Below are positions 11,701-24,938 of a stretch of 64,000 nt of DNA, in pieces. Origin of the DNA: Geosiphon pyriformis uo1 (lineage: Eukaryota; Fungi; Glomeromycota). The stretch covers positions 189,924-253,923 of the forward strand of contig JAAOMT010000222.1 in the NCBI GenBank assembly GCA_016748015.1, given 5' to 3'. Made by a program: the position numbers and the translations under genes. Each line of letters opens with the position of its first letter. The stretch's first letter is position 1. The notes beneath the pieces were generated by a model. That model ran no database searches. It was not told the origin of the DNA and worked only from the letters and a program-made list of their open reading frames with translations.

Positions 11701-14335
11701 AAAGTTTTTTGTTACAATTTTTGCATTTGAGTGGAATGTAGGATGGTTGTTTTTGCAGTTCTGGTATAGAATATCTAATTACATTCTATCTTCTGGTCTC
11801 CTCAAAGATTTCTTGTTCTGTTTCCTTAGTCCAACTGGATATTGATCCAAGAGCCATAAAAATTTCAGTAATTGGTAGTTTTTTCTTTTCTTCAAATTCG
11901 AATATTGGGGCTTTTTCAGATTTTTTATTAAAAATACCACAGATAACAGATACTCTAGTGTATTGTCTTTAATATAAAATTTTCAATTTCTGGATTTTCC
12001 AATCTAAATTTGCATTGGCCTTAAGAAACCAATCATTTCTGACAAGAGCTTAATATTGTGGTGCATCCATGACTAAAACTTTGACTAGAATAGTAATTCT
12101 ATCAATTGTAAATGGAAAGTTTTTAATTTTTCCTACTGGTGTCTTTTTTATCCCATCTGTTATAACAATGACAGTTTGGGCTGGTCTGTCAACAGTTTTT
12201 TGAAGCTGTTGTATTAATTGGTAGGTAATAATACTTTCAGCTAATTTACTGTCTAAGATTAACCGAATTGGTTTTCCTTTAACTTCAGCTTCAGTATATA
12301 TTACTGTAATTGCTTTTTGTTTATTAACTGCTGTATTGCTAAGCAAGAATGGTGATTCATTGGTTTCAAATTCAAATGGAAATATATCTGAGAGGTTGGC
12401 ATTTTGGGCAATTTGAGCTGGTAGAATAGTATTGTTGGAAGGATTTGATCTTGGTGCTGCAATTTCACCTTCAGAAAGTGCAGTTTGTTGAAAATCCGAT
12501 TCTTCAGGCATTGTAAGATAACTGGATTGAGTGTGATAGTGATTGGGTCTTTGTTGACCAGAATTTCGAGGAACCAACTGGTTATTTAGATTGATTCTGT
12601 TGTTGTTATTCTGAAATTAATTTTGAGGTATAAATTGGTTATGTTAAACCAATCTTTGGACTGGTACTTAATATTGTTGTATAGGTGGTTAATACTGTTG
12701 AATTGGTAAAGGTTGTTAATATTGTTGCTGTGGAGCAAATTGATAGTAATTGGTTTGCTGTTGGGGTCTTGAAAAATAGTAGGCTGGTAGTGAAGACTAA
12801 TAATAAGATTGCTGTGTTGAAAAATAACGTTGATTACTCCTGTTTTGTTGGTCTCTTTATAGCTTTCTGCAATCTCGTTTCTAATGTCTTAGAATTCCAC
12901 AATAGTAACAACTTTGGTTTTGGCTGTTTGATGATAATGAGTAGTTGTTTTGGTTTTATCATTATGGTGGCTGATATTTTTGTAGTTGTTGCTATTGTTG
13001 TTGGTTGGTAAAATAGTTCTCAACCTTCTTTATAAGTTGGTTAATTTTCTCTTTAGCTGCTGAGCTGGTTTTTCCAATAGCAAGATTCACAAGTTTGATA
13101 TAATTTGCTTCTTTTATTGTCATTTCATAGTTCTTTGCATGTCTAATGGCTATTGCTAAGTCTGCTAGGGCATGTGGGCAAACTTTTTTGATCAATTTGT
13201 CTTTTAATTCTGCTATAAACTGATCCAAAATCTGGGCATTAGAATAGTATTTATTGGTTTCTAATTGTCAAATTCATCAAAGTTTGTTGAATCTCCTAAG
13301 ATAAGTCATAACAGTTTTAAATGTTTCTTATTTGATATTGCAAAAGCAATTATGGAGAGTGATAGAAGTGTTGTTGTTGGTGAGTTGTTATAAGAAAGCA
13401 TCTTTAAATGCTTGCCAGTTTCTAAATGATTCTTCTAAGTTTTCAAATTATTCTTCTGCAGTTCCTTAGAGAAAATATAAGATTGCTTTGAGCATTTTTG
13501 CTGCATTCCAACCATTTGCATCTCCTGCTTTCTGGATTTTGTCAAGCCATTCTTTAGGACTGGTATTATTATTTTCACCAGTAAATTCTGGAATTTTTAC
13601 AATATAAGCAGTTGCCATTTTTTCTTTGTTTTCTGTAGTTTTTTCTTGTTCTGATTCAGTTTTCTCACTTTCCAAGTTCTCTGAATGATTACTTTTGTTT
13701 TTTTGTAAGTAATCAATAATATTGGTGCTAGTTAATATGGGTTTCTGCTGTTGAATAGAACTTTTGGGTGACTGAAAATCTTCTGGTCTTAAGAAATGGA
13801 TAAGTGGTGAATTTGGTGTTTGTGGTTAAGCAAGTGAAATTGGAAAAGATGTAACTAAGAATAGAAGTCAGGTGTTGGTTCCTTGTTCTGAAGTTTGCAA
13901 GTATTTGACAGTTATTTTTGGTGTTTTTGGGGTGGTTGGGGTGGTGCTTAAATGTTGCTTTAGTTTTTGTTTGCCTTTGTTGCTTGTTTCTGTTTCTGAT
14001 TCAAAGTCAATAGAGTATCTAAACTGTACTAGATATTTTTTTTCACAATATTAAATAATGCTAAAGTTGAGTTCTTGGAGGTAGGTGGCAAGAGTTTCAC
14101 TGTTTAGGTCTTTTGTTTTTAATTGTAAATAGTGCACTAAATTATTGTAGAGGTTGCTTCTAACTTCTGAAATATTGTAGTTTCCAAAAAGATAGTTGTT
14201 AATATGGTTTTTAATGTATTGGTATACTGATTTCTTGACAACTTCAATTCCATCTGGGATGTTGAATCTTTGCTTGCAATGAATATAAATTGACTGATAA
14301 TACTTTAGAGTTGTTGTGTCTGGTATAGTCACCAC
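8730..14335 (-). pseudogene. G1 gag-protease-Cys-rich-dUTPase-RT-RNase H polyprotein, many stops
   Basis: Capsid-like EWL..AGDANGW and QILDQFI; protease LILDS; dUTPase GGVIDAEYTG..IAQ..GFGSTG; RT VYLDD; RNase H TDAS..ELEA; ends RQD-TAA. Confidence 0.9.
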
Positions 14336-14360
14336 TTTGAATTTATTGTTGCTGTATTAT

Positions 14361-14378
14361 TTCTGTGAGAGAGCACCA
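14361..14378 (-). promoter_or_regulatory. G1 primer binding site TGGTGCTCTCTCACAGAA
   Basis: TGG begins 2 nt after the 5' LTR; complementary to a tRNA ending GAGCACCA (elongator Met or Ile(UAU) type, by inference). Confidence 0.8.
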
Positions 14379-14380
14379 AA

Positions 14381-15349
14381 TGTTACCAGAGGTTTTTGGT
14401 CTCTTTTCTTGAATGTTGTTAATATTTGTCTGTTGTTACTTTCACGTTTTCTGAAAGTGGTTGAACCTCTAATAATTGAATTTATCTTCAAATTATCTTC
14501 TATAATTTGAATTGCTGGGCTTATAAGTGGAATAGCCAATTTCTTGCCAGTTACTTTATGTAGTTATGTTGTAGTAAATGTCAACTCTTTCCTAGGAATT
14601 GCTTATTTGGAAGCTTACTAAAATGTGTAGTTACTTTGCTGTGAAAGTCAACTCTTCTACAGAAATATCATCTGTAGGCTACCCTAATGATTTTAATAAA
14701 AAAATAAAAAAAAATAAAAGAAATGTAAAAGAAATGGAATTTTATTAAGGGAAACGTTTTCTATCCAGGTCTGAAATCACTAACAAATTACTGAAATTGG
14801 TAGCTAATCAATTTCAAAACGTTAGTTTGTGTTGAGGAAATTTCAAGTATAATAATTAAAGGATTTGGTTTTCGAATATTTAATTTTTATTTGAGATATA
14901 TAAAAAGTAATTTGTTTCAATTAAAATATCTAAAGTAAGATACTATGATAAGATATGAGAAGATACATTTTTTTGAAGAGAAAAGCTCTTCTTTTATACA
15001 ACTTGTTGTAATACTAGTCTTTGAACTTGCACTTTTCTCTTTGCTATAATTTGGGTAAACTAAAGATACATTTTGGCAAACTACAAGTTATTTCACTAAA
15101 CTATTGATTATTTCGGCCAATTTTTATTGATTTCGGCGAATTTTGACTATGTTAAATAGTTCAGGGTATTGTGTAATTTGATCATCTTAATTTCTATTGT
15201 ACAAATTGGATTATTGATTGAGTAATAATATTTGATAATTTGATTAAATAATAAGTGGTAATTGAAATAATAATAATATATGCTAATTAATAATAAAAAT
15301 TATAAGAGTAATTTCATGCTAATTAATAGCTAAAATTCTACTGGTAACA
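14381..15349 (-). repeat. G1 5' LTR
   Basis: TGTTACCAG...CTGGTAACA perfect 9-bp terminal inverted repeat; adjacent PBS. Confidence 0.96.
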
Positions 15350-16722
15350 TTGGTCAGATCTAACACATTTGGGATTGCAAAGGACAATAGTAACTTAAAT
15401 ATAATATGAAATGTGCTAGAAGAAGCTATGGTACAAGCTGCTACTAAAATGTTCTTTAAGAGCTGGTATAGTAAATATAATTGTTCAAGAAACAAACATT
15501 TTTCAAAGTTTTATAAATTAAAGCTGCTTGTTGCCAAGATTGTAAAATGCTGGATTGCTGAAAATCTTTTAAATTTTGACCATTTTGTTAAAGTTTGGAC
15601 ATTTGTTAATAGAGTTAAGGCATTTGTGATTACTAGCATGGTTTTTAAGAGTGTAAGTTTAGCAGATTTGGTTCAGTATTTGTTGGTAGTAAAAAGAAAG
15701 TATTGGAAGTCTAAATATTATGAGTCAAAATTGGCTGATGATAATAATATTAAAAAAACTATTAACCATGATATAGAAAATTTCTGTTTTGGCAAAGAAC
15801 GAATAATAAAAAGTATTTTGGAATGTTCATTTTACAAGATTGTTTTAGATTACTTGATAATAAAAAATAAAATAGTGGTTAAGTTTGAGAAAATTAAGCT
15901 TAAGATTGATGAGATTATAGAAGGGTAGATAAGGAAGCATTTGGTGCTTTCAAAAATGCCTAACTTGTGATTTCATCAATATATGTCTCTGGGTTATATA
16001 GATAATGATGTCTTCTCTAATGTAATAAAGGAAATTTAAATAGAGAAATTGTTTTTAACTATCAGTTATTTGCTTAATGATAAAGCTGCCAGTTTGTTTA
16101 GAATACTTAATAAAATTTGAAAGCATTGTAGTGAGGAGATGTTGGATTGCCTTTTGAAGCTGCTAAATGCTTGTTTGAATTTTGGTGTGATCCCACTTTC
16201 TTGAAAAAGAGCATGGGTTTCAATGATCCCAAAATTTTATAAATAAAATGAAGTTTTAACAAACACTATTGCTTTGATTAAAACAGTCTGGAAAATCTTG
16301 TCAAATATTTTTTCTGATTGAATATCTTTAGCTTGCAGTAAATTTGGTATTCTTTATAGTGATAACTTCTCAGTATTAAAAAGAACTTCAACTCAGTCTT
16401 TTATTTTTGCCATTGAGTCAATTGTAAAGAATGCTTTGGAGAAAAATAGAGAGCTTTGACTGGTGTTACAAAATATGTGCAAAGCTTATAATTTAATAGG
16501 ATGGCATTACTTAAAAACTAACTTGTACTGTATTAAAATGTGTAACCAGTTTGTCAGATTTTTTGGTAATATTTATAAAAACAGGATTAATAGGATGATG
16601 ACAAATTTTGGGCTTTCAAATGGCTATAAAATACATGATGGCTTGGATCAAGATAAGGTTTTTTCTTTACTCTTCTGGAGAATCTTCTATAATCCACTTT
16701 TGTGTAAGATTAAAAAACATGA
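15350..16722 (+). pseudogene. LINE B ORF2, linker and N-terminal RT
   Basis: Motifs KAAS, MIPK, LQNMCKAYN (DMxKAYD) and DGLDQDKVFSLLFW; homologous to LINE A 1-260. Confidence 0.88.
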
Positions 16723-17703
16723 TATTACCAGACGAAATTAAAGATATTATTTAGCATGAAATTATTTTTATTCCTATCATTAATTAGCATATATTATCAT
16801 TTTAAATTATTACCTATTACATTAGCAAAATGTTCGAAATTATTATTTAATTAATAACCCAATTTGTACATAACACAAATGTAACCTAAGTACAATAATT
16901 AATCATGCAATACCCCGAAATATGTAACATTCAAAAGTTTGCCAAAATTTGTAGAAATTTGCTGAAATAATTGACAGTTCACTGAAATATCTAATAGTTC
17001 ACAGAAATAACTTGTAGTTTGCCAAAATATATTTTTAATTCAGCAAAATTGTAGAAAAAAACAAAGTTTAAGTTCATAAAATAGTGTTACGATAAGTTGT
17101 ATAAAAGAAGAGCTTCTCTTTTCAAGAAAATGTATCTTACTTTAGATTTATTACTTAGAACCATTTCTATACACACAAAAAGAAATAAATATCAAATAAT
17201 TCAAAAAACTAAATTTTTTAATTATTGCACTTGGAAAAATCCCCAAAACCCAACTAACATTTTGAAATTGATTAGCTACCAATTTCAGTAAACTGTTAGT
17301 GACTCCAGGCCTGGATAGAAAACGTTTCCTTTGACAGAATTCTATTTCTTTTACATTTCTTTTATTTTCTTTCTTTTATTTTCTTATTATAATTATTAGG
17401 GTAGCCTACAGACAAGATTTTTGTAGAAGAGTTGAGTTTCACAGCAAAGTAACTACACATTTTTAGTGAGCTTCCAGACAAGCAATTCCTGGGAAAGAGT
17501 TAACATTTACTACAATGTAACTACACGAAGCAACTGGCACAGAATTGGCCATTCTACTTATAAGCCCAGCAGTTCAAATTATAGGAGATAATTTGAAAAT
17601 AAAATTCAGTTATTGGAGGTTCAAACACTTTCCATAGTCATGAATTAACAGCATTACAACAAACATACAAGAGCTAAAAAGAGACCAAAAACCTCTGGTA
17701 ACA
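16723..17703 (+). repeat. G2 5' LTR
   Basis: Direct repeat of 25585-26565; ends CTGGTAACA. Confidence 0.96.
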
Positions 17704-17705
17704 TT

Positions 17706-17723
17706 TGGTGCTCTTCCATGAAA
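17706..17723 (+). promoter_or_regulatory. G2 primer binding site TGGTGCTCTTCCATGAAA
   Basis: TGG 2 nt after the LTR; same core as the G1 PBS. Confidence 0.8.
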
Positions 17724-17748
17724 ACAACACAGCAAAAACAACTTCAAA

Positions 17749-20700
17749 GTGGCAACCACACCAGATGCAACAACTCTAGAGTATTACCAGTCAATTTACA
17801 CCCACTGCAAGCAAAGATTCAACATTCTAGACAGAATTGAAGTTGTCAAGAAATCAGTATACCAATACATTGAAAACCACATCAACAATTATTTTTTTGG
17901 AAATTACAATATCTTAGAAGTTAGAAGCAACCTTTACAATAATTTAGTACACTATTTACAGTTGAGAACTGAAGACCTTAACAGTGAAACACTTGCCATT
18001 TACTTTCAAAAACTTAATTTTAACATTATCAAGTACTGTGAAGAAACATATCCAGTGCAGTCTCAATACTCTATTGATTTTGAATCAAAGACAGAAACAA
18101 GCAACAAAGACAAACAAAAATTGAAGCAATACTCAAAAACCACCCCAAATACTCCAATACTATCAAAAACAATTGCCAAATACTTACAAACACCTGAACA
18201 AGAAACCAGTTTAAAACTTCCACTTACTATCACACCTTTTTTAGCTTCACTTGCACAAGCACAAACACCTAATTCACTCTTAAATCAATTTGCAAGACTA
18301 GAAGATTTTACATTACCCAGAAGTCCCACCAGACAACAAGAACCCCTTTAAACTAGTTCCAATCTCCTTGACTTTCTAGCTGAAAATCAAAGTGAACATT
18401 TTGAGACAGCAGCAAACAAAAAAAACGACTCTGAAATATCTGAAGAAGAATCAATAGACAGTGAAAACGAAGAAAACAAAATAACAGCATACATTGCAAA
18501 AATCTCTGAATTTAATGAAGAAGACATTGAGACCAGTCTCCAAGAATGGCTTGACCAAGTTACTAAAACTGGAGATGCAAATGGATGGAATGCTGCCAGA
18601 ATATTAAGAACAATTCCCTACTTTCTCAAAAAAACAGTAGACAAATGGTTCAAAAACTTGACCACCCCTTTTAATAACTGGACAGCTTTCAAAACTGCCG
18701 TCTTAGAACAATTCACTGATAACAACACCTCAATCACACTTCAAAATTGTTTTTGCAATATCAAACAAGAACTTTCTGAATCTGTCATGACTTATATTGG
18801 GAAATTCAACAAACTTCTCAGATGAATTTGCCAACTTGAAACTAATAATTATTATTTTGATGCTCAAATCTTGGATCAATTTATCACTGGTTTAAAGGAT
18901 AAACTGATTAAAAAGGTTTGCCCACATGTCCCAGAAGATTTAAACTCTGCCATTCAGGATGCAAAGAGATATGAAATGGCCATAGAAGAAGCCAATTATA
19001 CAAAACTCGTGAACTTAACCATTGGAGAGACCAGCTCAGCAGCTGAAAAGAAAATTGACCAACTTACAAAAAAAGTCAAAAACTATTTCACCAACCAACA
19101 ACAACAGCAACTCCAAAGATATCAACCACCCCAAGGATAGAATTAAAACAACTTCGTATCATCCTCTAATAACCAGCTTCAGAATTGCCATTACTGTGGA
19201 ATTCCTGGCCACTGGAAAAGAGATTGCAGAAAGCTACAACGAGACCAACAAAACAAGAGTAATCAATGTTACCCTTTGCCACAACAATCTTATTACCAAC
19301 CACTACTACTACCAGTTTACTATCCACCAAGACCACAATATCAAACTGACTACTATCAACCTGCTTCACAGCCAATGCAACAACAGTATTGACAACTCAT
19401 TCAACATTATCAAGTATCTGCTCAAAGATTGGTTCAACAAAACCAATTTGCACCACAAAACTGATTCACAACAAACAACAACAGAATCAACCCAAATAAC
19501 CAATTAGTTCCCCAAAATTCAGTTCAACCAAGACCCACCCATTATCATACTCAACCTAGCTATCTTATAATACCTGAAGAACAGGATTTTCACCATACTG
19601 CACTCTTAAAAGATAGAGCTGCAGCATGACAACAAAATTTTTCCTATACTCTTATTACAATCCCACTAGCCAGAATTGCTAAAAATGCCAACCTTTCAGA
19701 TATATTGCCTTTTGAGTTTGAAGCAAATGAGTCACCATTCTTGCTTAGCAATGCAGCCACCAATGAACAAAAAGCAATCACTGCTATGTACACTGAAGCA
19801 GAAGTTGAAGAAAAGGCAATTCACTTGATTCTAGACAGTGGATCCGCCAGAAGCATCATTACCTATCAGTTAATGCAACAGTTAAAGAGAAATGTTAACT
19901 GACCAGCTCAAACAGTAATCATTACTGCTAATGGCATGAAAAAGACTCCAGTAAGAGAAATTGACAATTTTCTGTTCACTCTTGATGAAATCACCATTCT
20001 AGTCAAAGTTCTTGTAATGAACATGCCCCAGTATTAAGCCCTTGTTGGAAATGATTGGCTTCAAAAAGCCAATGCAAAATTAGACTGAGAAACCCAAAAA
20101 TTACAACTCTCTTATCAAGAACAACATGCCTGAGTACTCACTACTTGTGGTACATTCAACAAATGATCAGAAAAAACCCCTGTCTTTGAATTTAAAGAAG
20201 AAAAAAAAAAGCCTGTAGTCGAAACATTTATGGCACTTGAATCAACATCTAATTGGGCTGAAGAAACTAAGCAAACATATTTTGCAACAAACTCATATCC
20301 AGAGGAACCAGAAACCCCTGAATAAAACATCCCATATTCTAAACTAGAACCAAAAAAATGACACTCTTATATTCTGCTCAAATGCAAGGACTGCTACAAG
20401 AAACTCTCCTTAATGGGAGCCTGCATTTTACTTGAAGAAGAATATGAAAATCATACTTGTTATTACTGCAAGACTTGCCACAGAGAACGATGGGGCCATC
20501 TAATAAAAAGAAGCAGAAAATAGGACAACACCCCTTGTTTGACTTGAAGAGATATGCTACCAGAAAAATGCAATTGAATTAATGTAGCAATGAGAAGAGG
20601 AGTCTGCAATCAAACCTGCCAATATGCTTTATCAATTTCAGAAAAAGTCAAAAGAGGAACACTTTTTGATGTAGCATATAACAATGCTCTCAACAAACTT

Positions 20701-23344
20701 TATTACTACCCCCATGATGCTAAGATGATTTTCAACCTAGCAATAGCATTAGTTAATGGAGCTACCAAAAAAAATGTTTGTCAAATGAAAGAAGCAGAAT
20801 ACATTGAATACACCATAGAATTAACTGGATTCGATTATGAAGATAAAGTAGAAGTGTATCATCAAATTGCAAATCACACCTACCCAACTAAAGAAGCTCA
20901 AGCTCAATGACTAGAACAAATGAACATTAAATTATGTAAGGAATGCATAATGCCTTGTGATGAACAATGGTGTTCTGAATGTTATGCTCTTAGCATCCTC
21001 TTGCCCAACAAAAGTGATGAATATGAAATTAAATTTGGAAGCAACAGAAGAAATTGAAACAACACCCATCTATCTCATTGAAAATCAGCCTGTCTTACAA
21101 CTCAAATACTTCAACAACAATGGACAAGGAATAAAACCTGAAAAAGCACATGAAATTGATGCTGGATATGACCTAAGATATCCAGACAAGAATACTTTTG
21201 TTCTCAAACCCAAATCTCTCACAAAAATTAATCTCAAAATTGCTCTCAAAATTCCGCCAGGAGCAATGGTTCAAATTGCCTTCCAGTCCTCTCTGGCAAG
21301 TAAAGGAATCAATGTCAGAAGAGAAATAATCAATGCTGGATATACTGGTGACATAACAGTAATACTTTAAAACAAAACTGACAAGCTGTTTAAGATTGAA
21401 CATGCCGAGAAAATTGCCCAAGCCATTTATTTATCCTTAATCAACATTTTGGGTTTACAATTAGTCAATCAAAAAGAACTATTGAGAAAAAGTGAAAGAG
21501 GAACCAAAGGTTTTGGTTTAACTGGACGATTTACAGTTCTAGTAAACATAGTCCTCAATGAACAAAAAGAATCTCACCAGATTTACAACTTCCACAACCA
21601 ATTACCATTTCACTCTTTGGAAAACACTCTGAAATTTACACTTGTGAAAAGCCAACAACCACACAACAAATTTTTGAGTCCAACAAACAAATCTGCTTGG
21701 AACATAATATCTCGATCCCAAACATTTATATTCCAGAAGGAACAAAAAAAATCCAAGTTACTTTTTACAATCCCAATAATTTCCCCATAGTTTTATTAAA
21801 TAACTTAGAAATTGGAGTTATTCACAGTAATATCTTTCAACAAGAATTACCCCAAACAGTCCCCAATTTCTCTGAAATTATTGGACATTTACTACCAAAA
21901 ATCAATCCAAACCCCAGCTCTGAAAACTACCATGTTGTCATGAAAAAACTATCTCGAATCAACATGGGACAACTTGAACCACAACAACAGAGCCAGCTTA
22001 AAGAGCTAATTGCAGAATTTGCTGATATTTTTGCCGAAAACAACAATGACTTAGGAAGAACCAATTTGGTCCAACACCAAATCTATACAGAAAATGTCAA
22101 ACCAAGGTGACAGCAAGCCTACCGAGTTGCTCCAGAAAGCCACCAATTTATCTGCGAAGAAGTACAACAGATGCTCAACAATGGGCTTATCCAATCATCA
22201 ATGAGTCTATGGGCCTCACCTGTGGTCTTAATTAAAAAAAAAATGGAAAGATACGATTTTGTGTTGATTATCAACAACTTAACAGTGTCATCATTGAAGA
22301 TGCCTATCTCCTTTCCCAAATTGATGATATGTTGGATGCCTTTGGAAAGGCCAAATACTTTTCAACACTAGATCTAGAAAGTGGATACTGACAAGTTGTC
22401 ATGGACTCCAAAGATTGTCCCAAAACAGTCTTCACAACCCAAGGAGGAAACTACAAATTCAATGTAATGCCTTTTAGATTATGCAATGCACCAGCAACAT
22501 TTCAAAGATTAATGGATATTGTATACAAAGGACTTCTTTGAAAGTCAGTAGTCATTTATCTTAACAATACTGATGTTTATTCTCCATTATTTGAATTATA
22601 TTTAAAACACCTGTGAGAAGTTTTTCAACAATTATGAAAAGCAGAACTGAAACTCAACATTGAAAAATGCTACTTTGGAAAAACAAGCTTGGCCTTTCTT
22701 GGTCACATCGTTAGTAAAGATGGAATCAAACTGGACTCTGGAAAAATCAGCACTGTCAAAAACTTCAAAACTCCTCAAAACACTACAGAACTAAGAAAAT
22801 TCATAGAGTTAGCCTCCTACTATCAGAAATTGCAAAACCTTTCAACCAGCTTACCACCAAAAACATCAAATACAAATGGACTGCTGAACACCAAAATGCA
22901 TTTAAAATCCTCAAAGAAAAACTAACGACAGCTCCAATTCTCACCTACCCAGATTTCAGCAACTGATTTTGGTTAGCAACAGATGCTTCTTATACTGCTT
23001 TTGGTGCCATCCTATCACAGTTAGATGACAATGGAAATAAGCAAGTAATTGCTTATACTAGCAAAACATTAAAACCAGCCGAAAAGAACTACTCTACAAC
23101 AGAATTAGAAACTGCAGCAGTAATCTGGGCCCTACATCACTTCAACCTTTACCTCAGACCCAAAGAATTCGATATTATCACTGATAATATTAGACTCAAA
23201 TGGCTTCAGAACAAAAACACTCAGCTAAATGCAAAACAAACCCAATGGACAGGATTTCTAGCCAACTACTGATACATTATACACCACAAACCAGAAAAAC
23301 TTCACACCAATGTTAATTGTCTCTCAAGAATAAGGCAAGATTAG
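17749..23344 (+). pseudogene. G2 gag-protease-Cys-rich-dUTPase-RT-RNase H polyprotein, disrupted
   Basis: CCHC CHYCGIPGHWKRDC; protease LILDSGS; dUTPase DAGYDL, INAGYTG, IAQ, GFGLTG; RT WASPVVL, LDLESGY; RNase H ATDAS; ends RIRQD-TAG. Track ORFs starting 17749, 18871, 19705 and 20590 share one frame. Confidence 0.92.
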
Positions 23345-23390
23345 AATACAAAACTAACACCCATTTGAATTAACAACAAAACAACAAACA

Positions 23391-24776
23391 ATGAACCCCA
23401 AAAACTACAACAATCTTAAACAATATTTGGAGACATTAACAATCCCAACAGATTGGTCCTCAGATAAAAAACATTGATTACAACAATAAGCCAAACAATA
23501 CTTCTTACACAACAACATGATTTATTATCGAAACTTCAGAAACCCAGACAATCCACTTAGATTAATACAAGAACATAAAAAAGAAACCATTTTATATAAC
23601 ATGCACTCAGACTCTTCATCAGCACACCTAAGAAAAAACAGCACCACCCAAAGAACACTAAAATATTATTTTTGGCCTCAAATAAGAAAAGACATTTATG
23701 AATACATTAAGTCTTGTGATAGTTGTTAAAGAAAAGGAGGAACTTGCCCTACAGAACCTTTAAACCCAATCAAAGTTAGACAGCCTTTTAACCGAGTTGA
23801 TATCAATTTAGTCGGACCACTCTCTATCACAAACCAAGAAAACTGTTATATTGTAGTAGCTGTAGACTATCTTACCAAATGGCCTGAAGCCTGAGCCATT
23901 CAATGAGCAGATGTGAAATCAGTAGCAAACTTTATTTACAAAGACATCATTTGTAGACATGAATGCCCAATAGAACTTTTATCTGATCAAGGAACACATT
24001 TCGTGAACAATTTAATCCAAGAAATTTGTGGACAATTTAATGTCAAGAGACCATTATCTTTACTCTACTATCCACAAACAAATGGACTTGTAGAATATTT
24101 TAACAGAACATTGTGTGAATCATTAGCCAAAGTTTCAACCAATTTTAAGCAAGAATGAAATCTCTTTATTCCATTAGTGTTACTAGCATATAGAACACTA
24201 AAACAAGATACCACAAAACACACACTATTTGATTTAACTTACAGAAAGACAGCAATATTACCAATTAGTTTCATAATGGAAACATACCCAGTACAACCAA
24301 TTAATAAAGACAACTTTCAGAAAACACTACAATGAAGAGCCTACACACTGCTTAGCACATTGGAAGAAAAACGATAAATAGCAACCACCTATATTAAACA
24401 CTCTCAAGCTCAACAAAAAGAATGGCATGATGACAAATTGCCTCCAGTTACCAATGGATTTAAAATTGGAAACAAAGTTCTCTTACACAAAACTAAAGCT
24501 AAAAAACAATGGAGTGGGAAATTTGAAAATAAATGGGATGGACTATTCTTTATCCATGAAGTCTTAGGCAACGGATCATACAAGCTAAGACTTGATGACA
24601 AAATCCTAGCAAAAGTTGTACATGGAGATTATTTGAAACACTATAATTCCAGAAACAATCCTGAACTATTAATTTCACAAATTGGTATACATTCCTCTTT
24701 AATCAATCCTGAAGATATTCCCCAAAATTTAGAACCAATAGTTGTCATTGAACAACCTCCCAACTTGAACACTTAA
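23391..24776 (+). pseudogene. G2 integrase, stand-alone ORF (1386 nt)
   Basis: Own ATG (MNPKNYNNLKQYLE); HHCC and DDE-core motifs, KWDGLF; same length as the G1 integrase ORF. Confidence 0.92.
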
Positions 24777-24938
24777 CTTAAATTTATTATTATGGTTATC
24801 TCCTTATAATTTAGAAACAATTTCACAAAAACAAAGCAAAAATAATAAAAATCCATACACCAAAAATAATTTTCTTTTATTTTCAAATCTCTTATAATGA
24901 CTATTTCTCAAAACATTTAACAATTATCTCAAAAACTA

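Larger units (their letters stand above)
5478..15349 (-). mobile_element. G1: full-length Ty3/Gypsy-like LTR retrotransposon with dUTPase, separate integrase ORF and ORF3
   Basis: Two 969-bp LTRs, 4-bp TSD TTGG (5474-5477 / 15350-15353), PBS, PPT, and gag-PR-dUT-RT-RH-IN domain order. Confidence 0.96.

Noticed and set aside
17097-17291. Short ORFs repeated in LTRs (17097/25959, 38413/47033, 5696) and antisense ORFs over gag/pol
   Set aside because: The repetition is due to LTR duplication; there is no motif or cross-family conservation.
24438-24776. Chromodomain at the integrase C-terminus
   Set aside because: Only a GPY/F-like SH3-type region and a short tail are present; no chromodomain motif recognised.
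24915-24917. Shared TAA just upstream of the ORF3 ATG in G1 and G2 as a regulatory stop
   Set aside because: CAA>TAA is the commonest local mutation and G3/G4 read through this position; two copies cannot separate decay from function.
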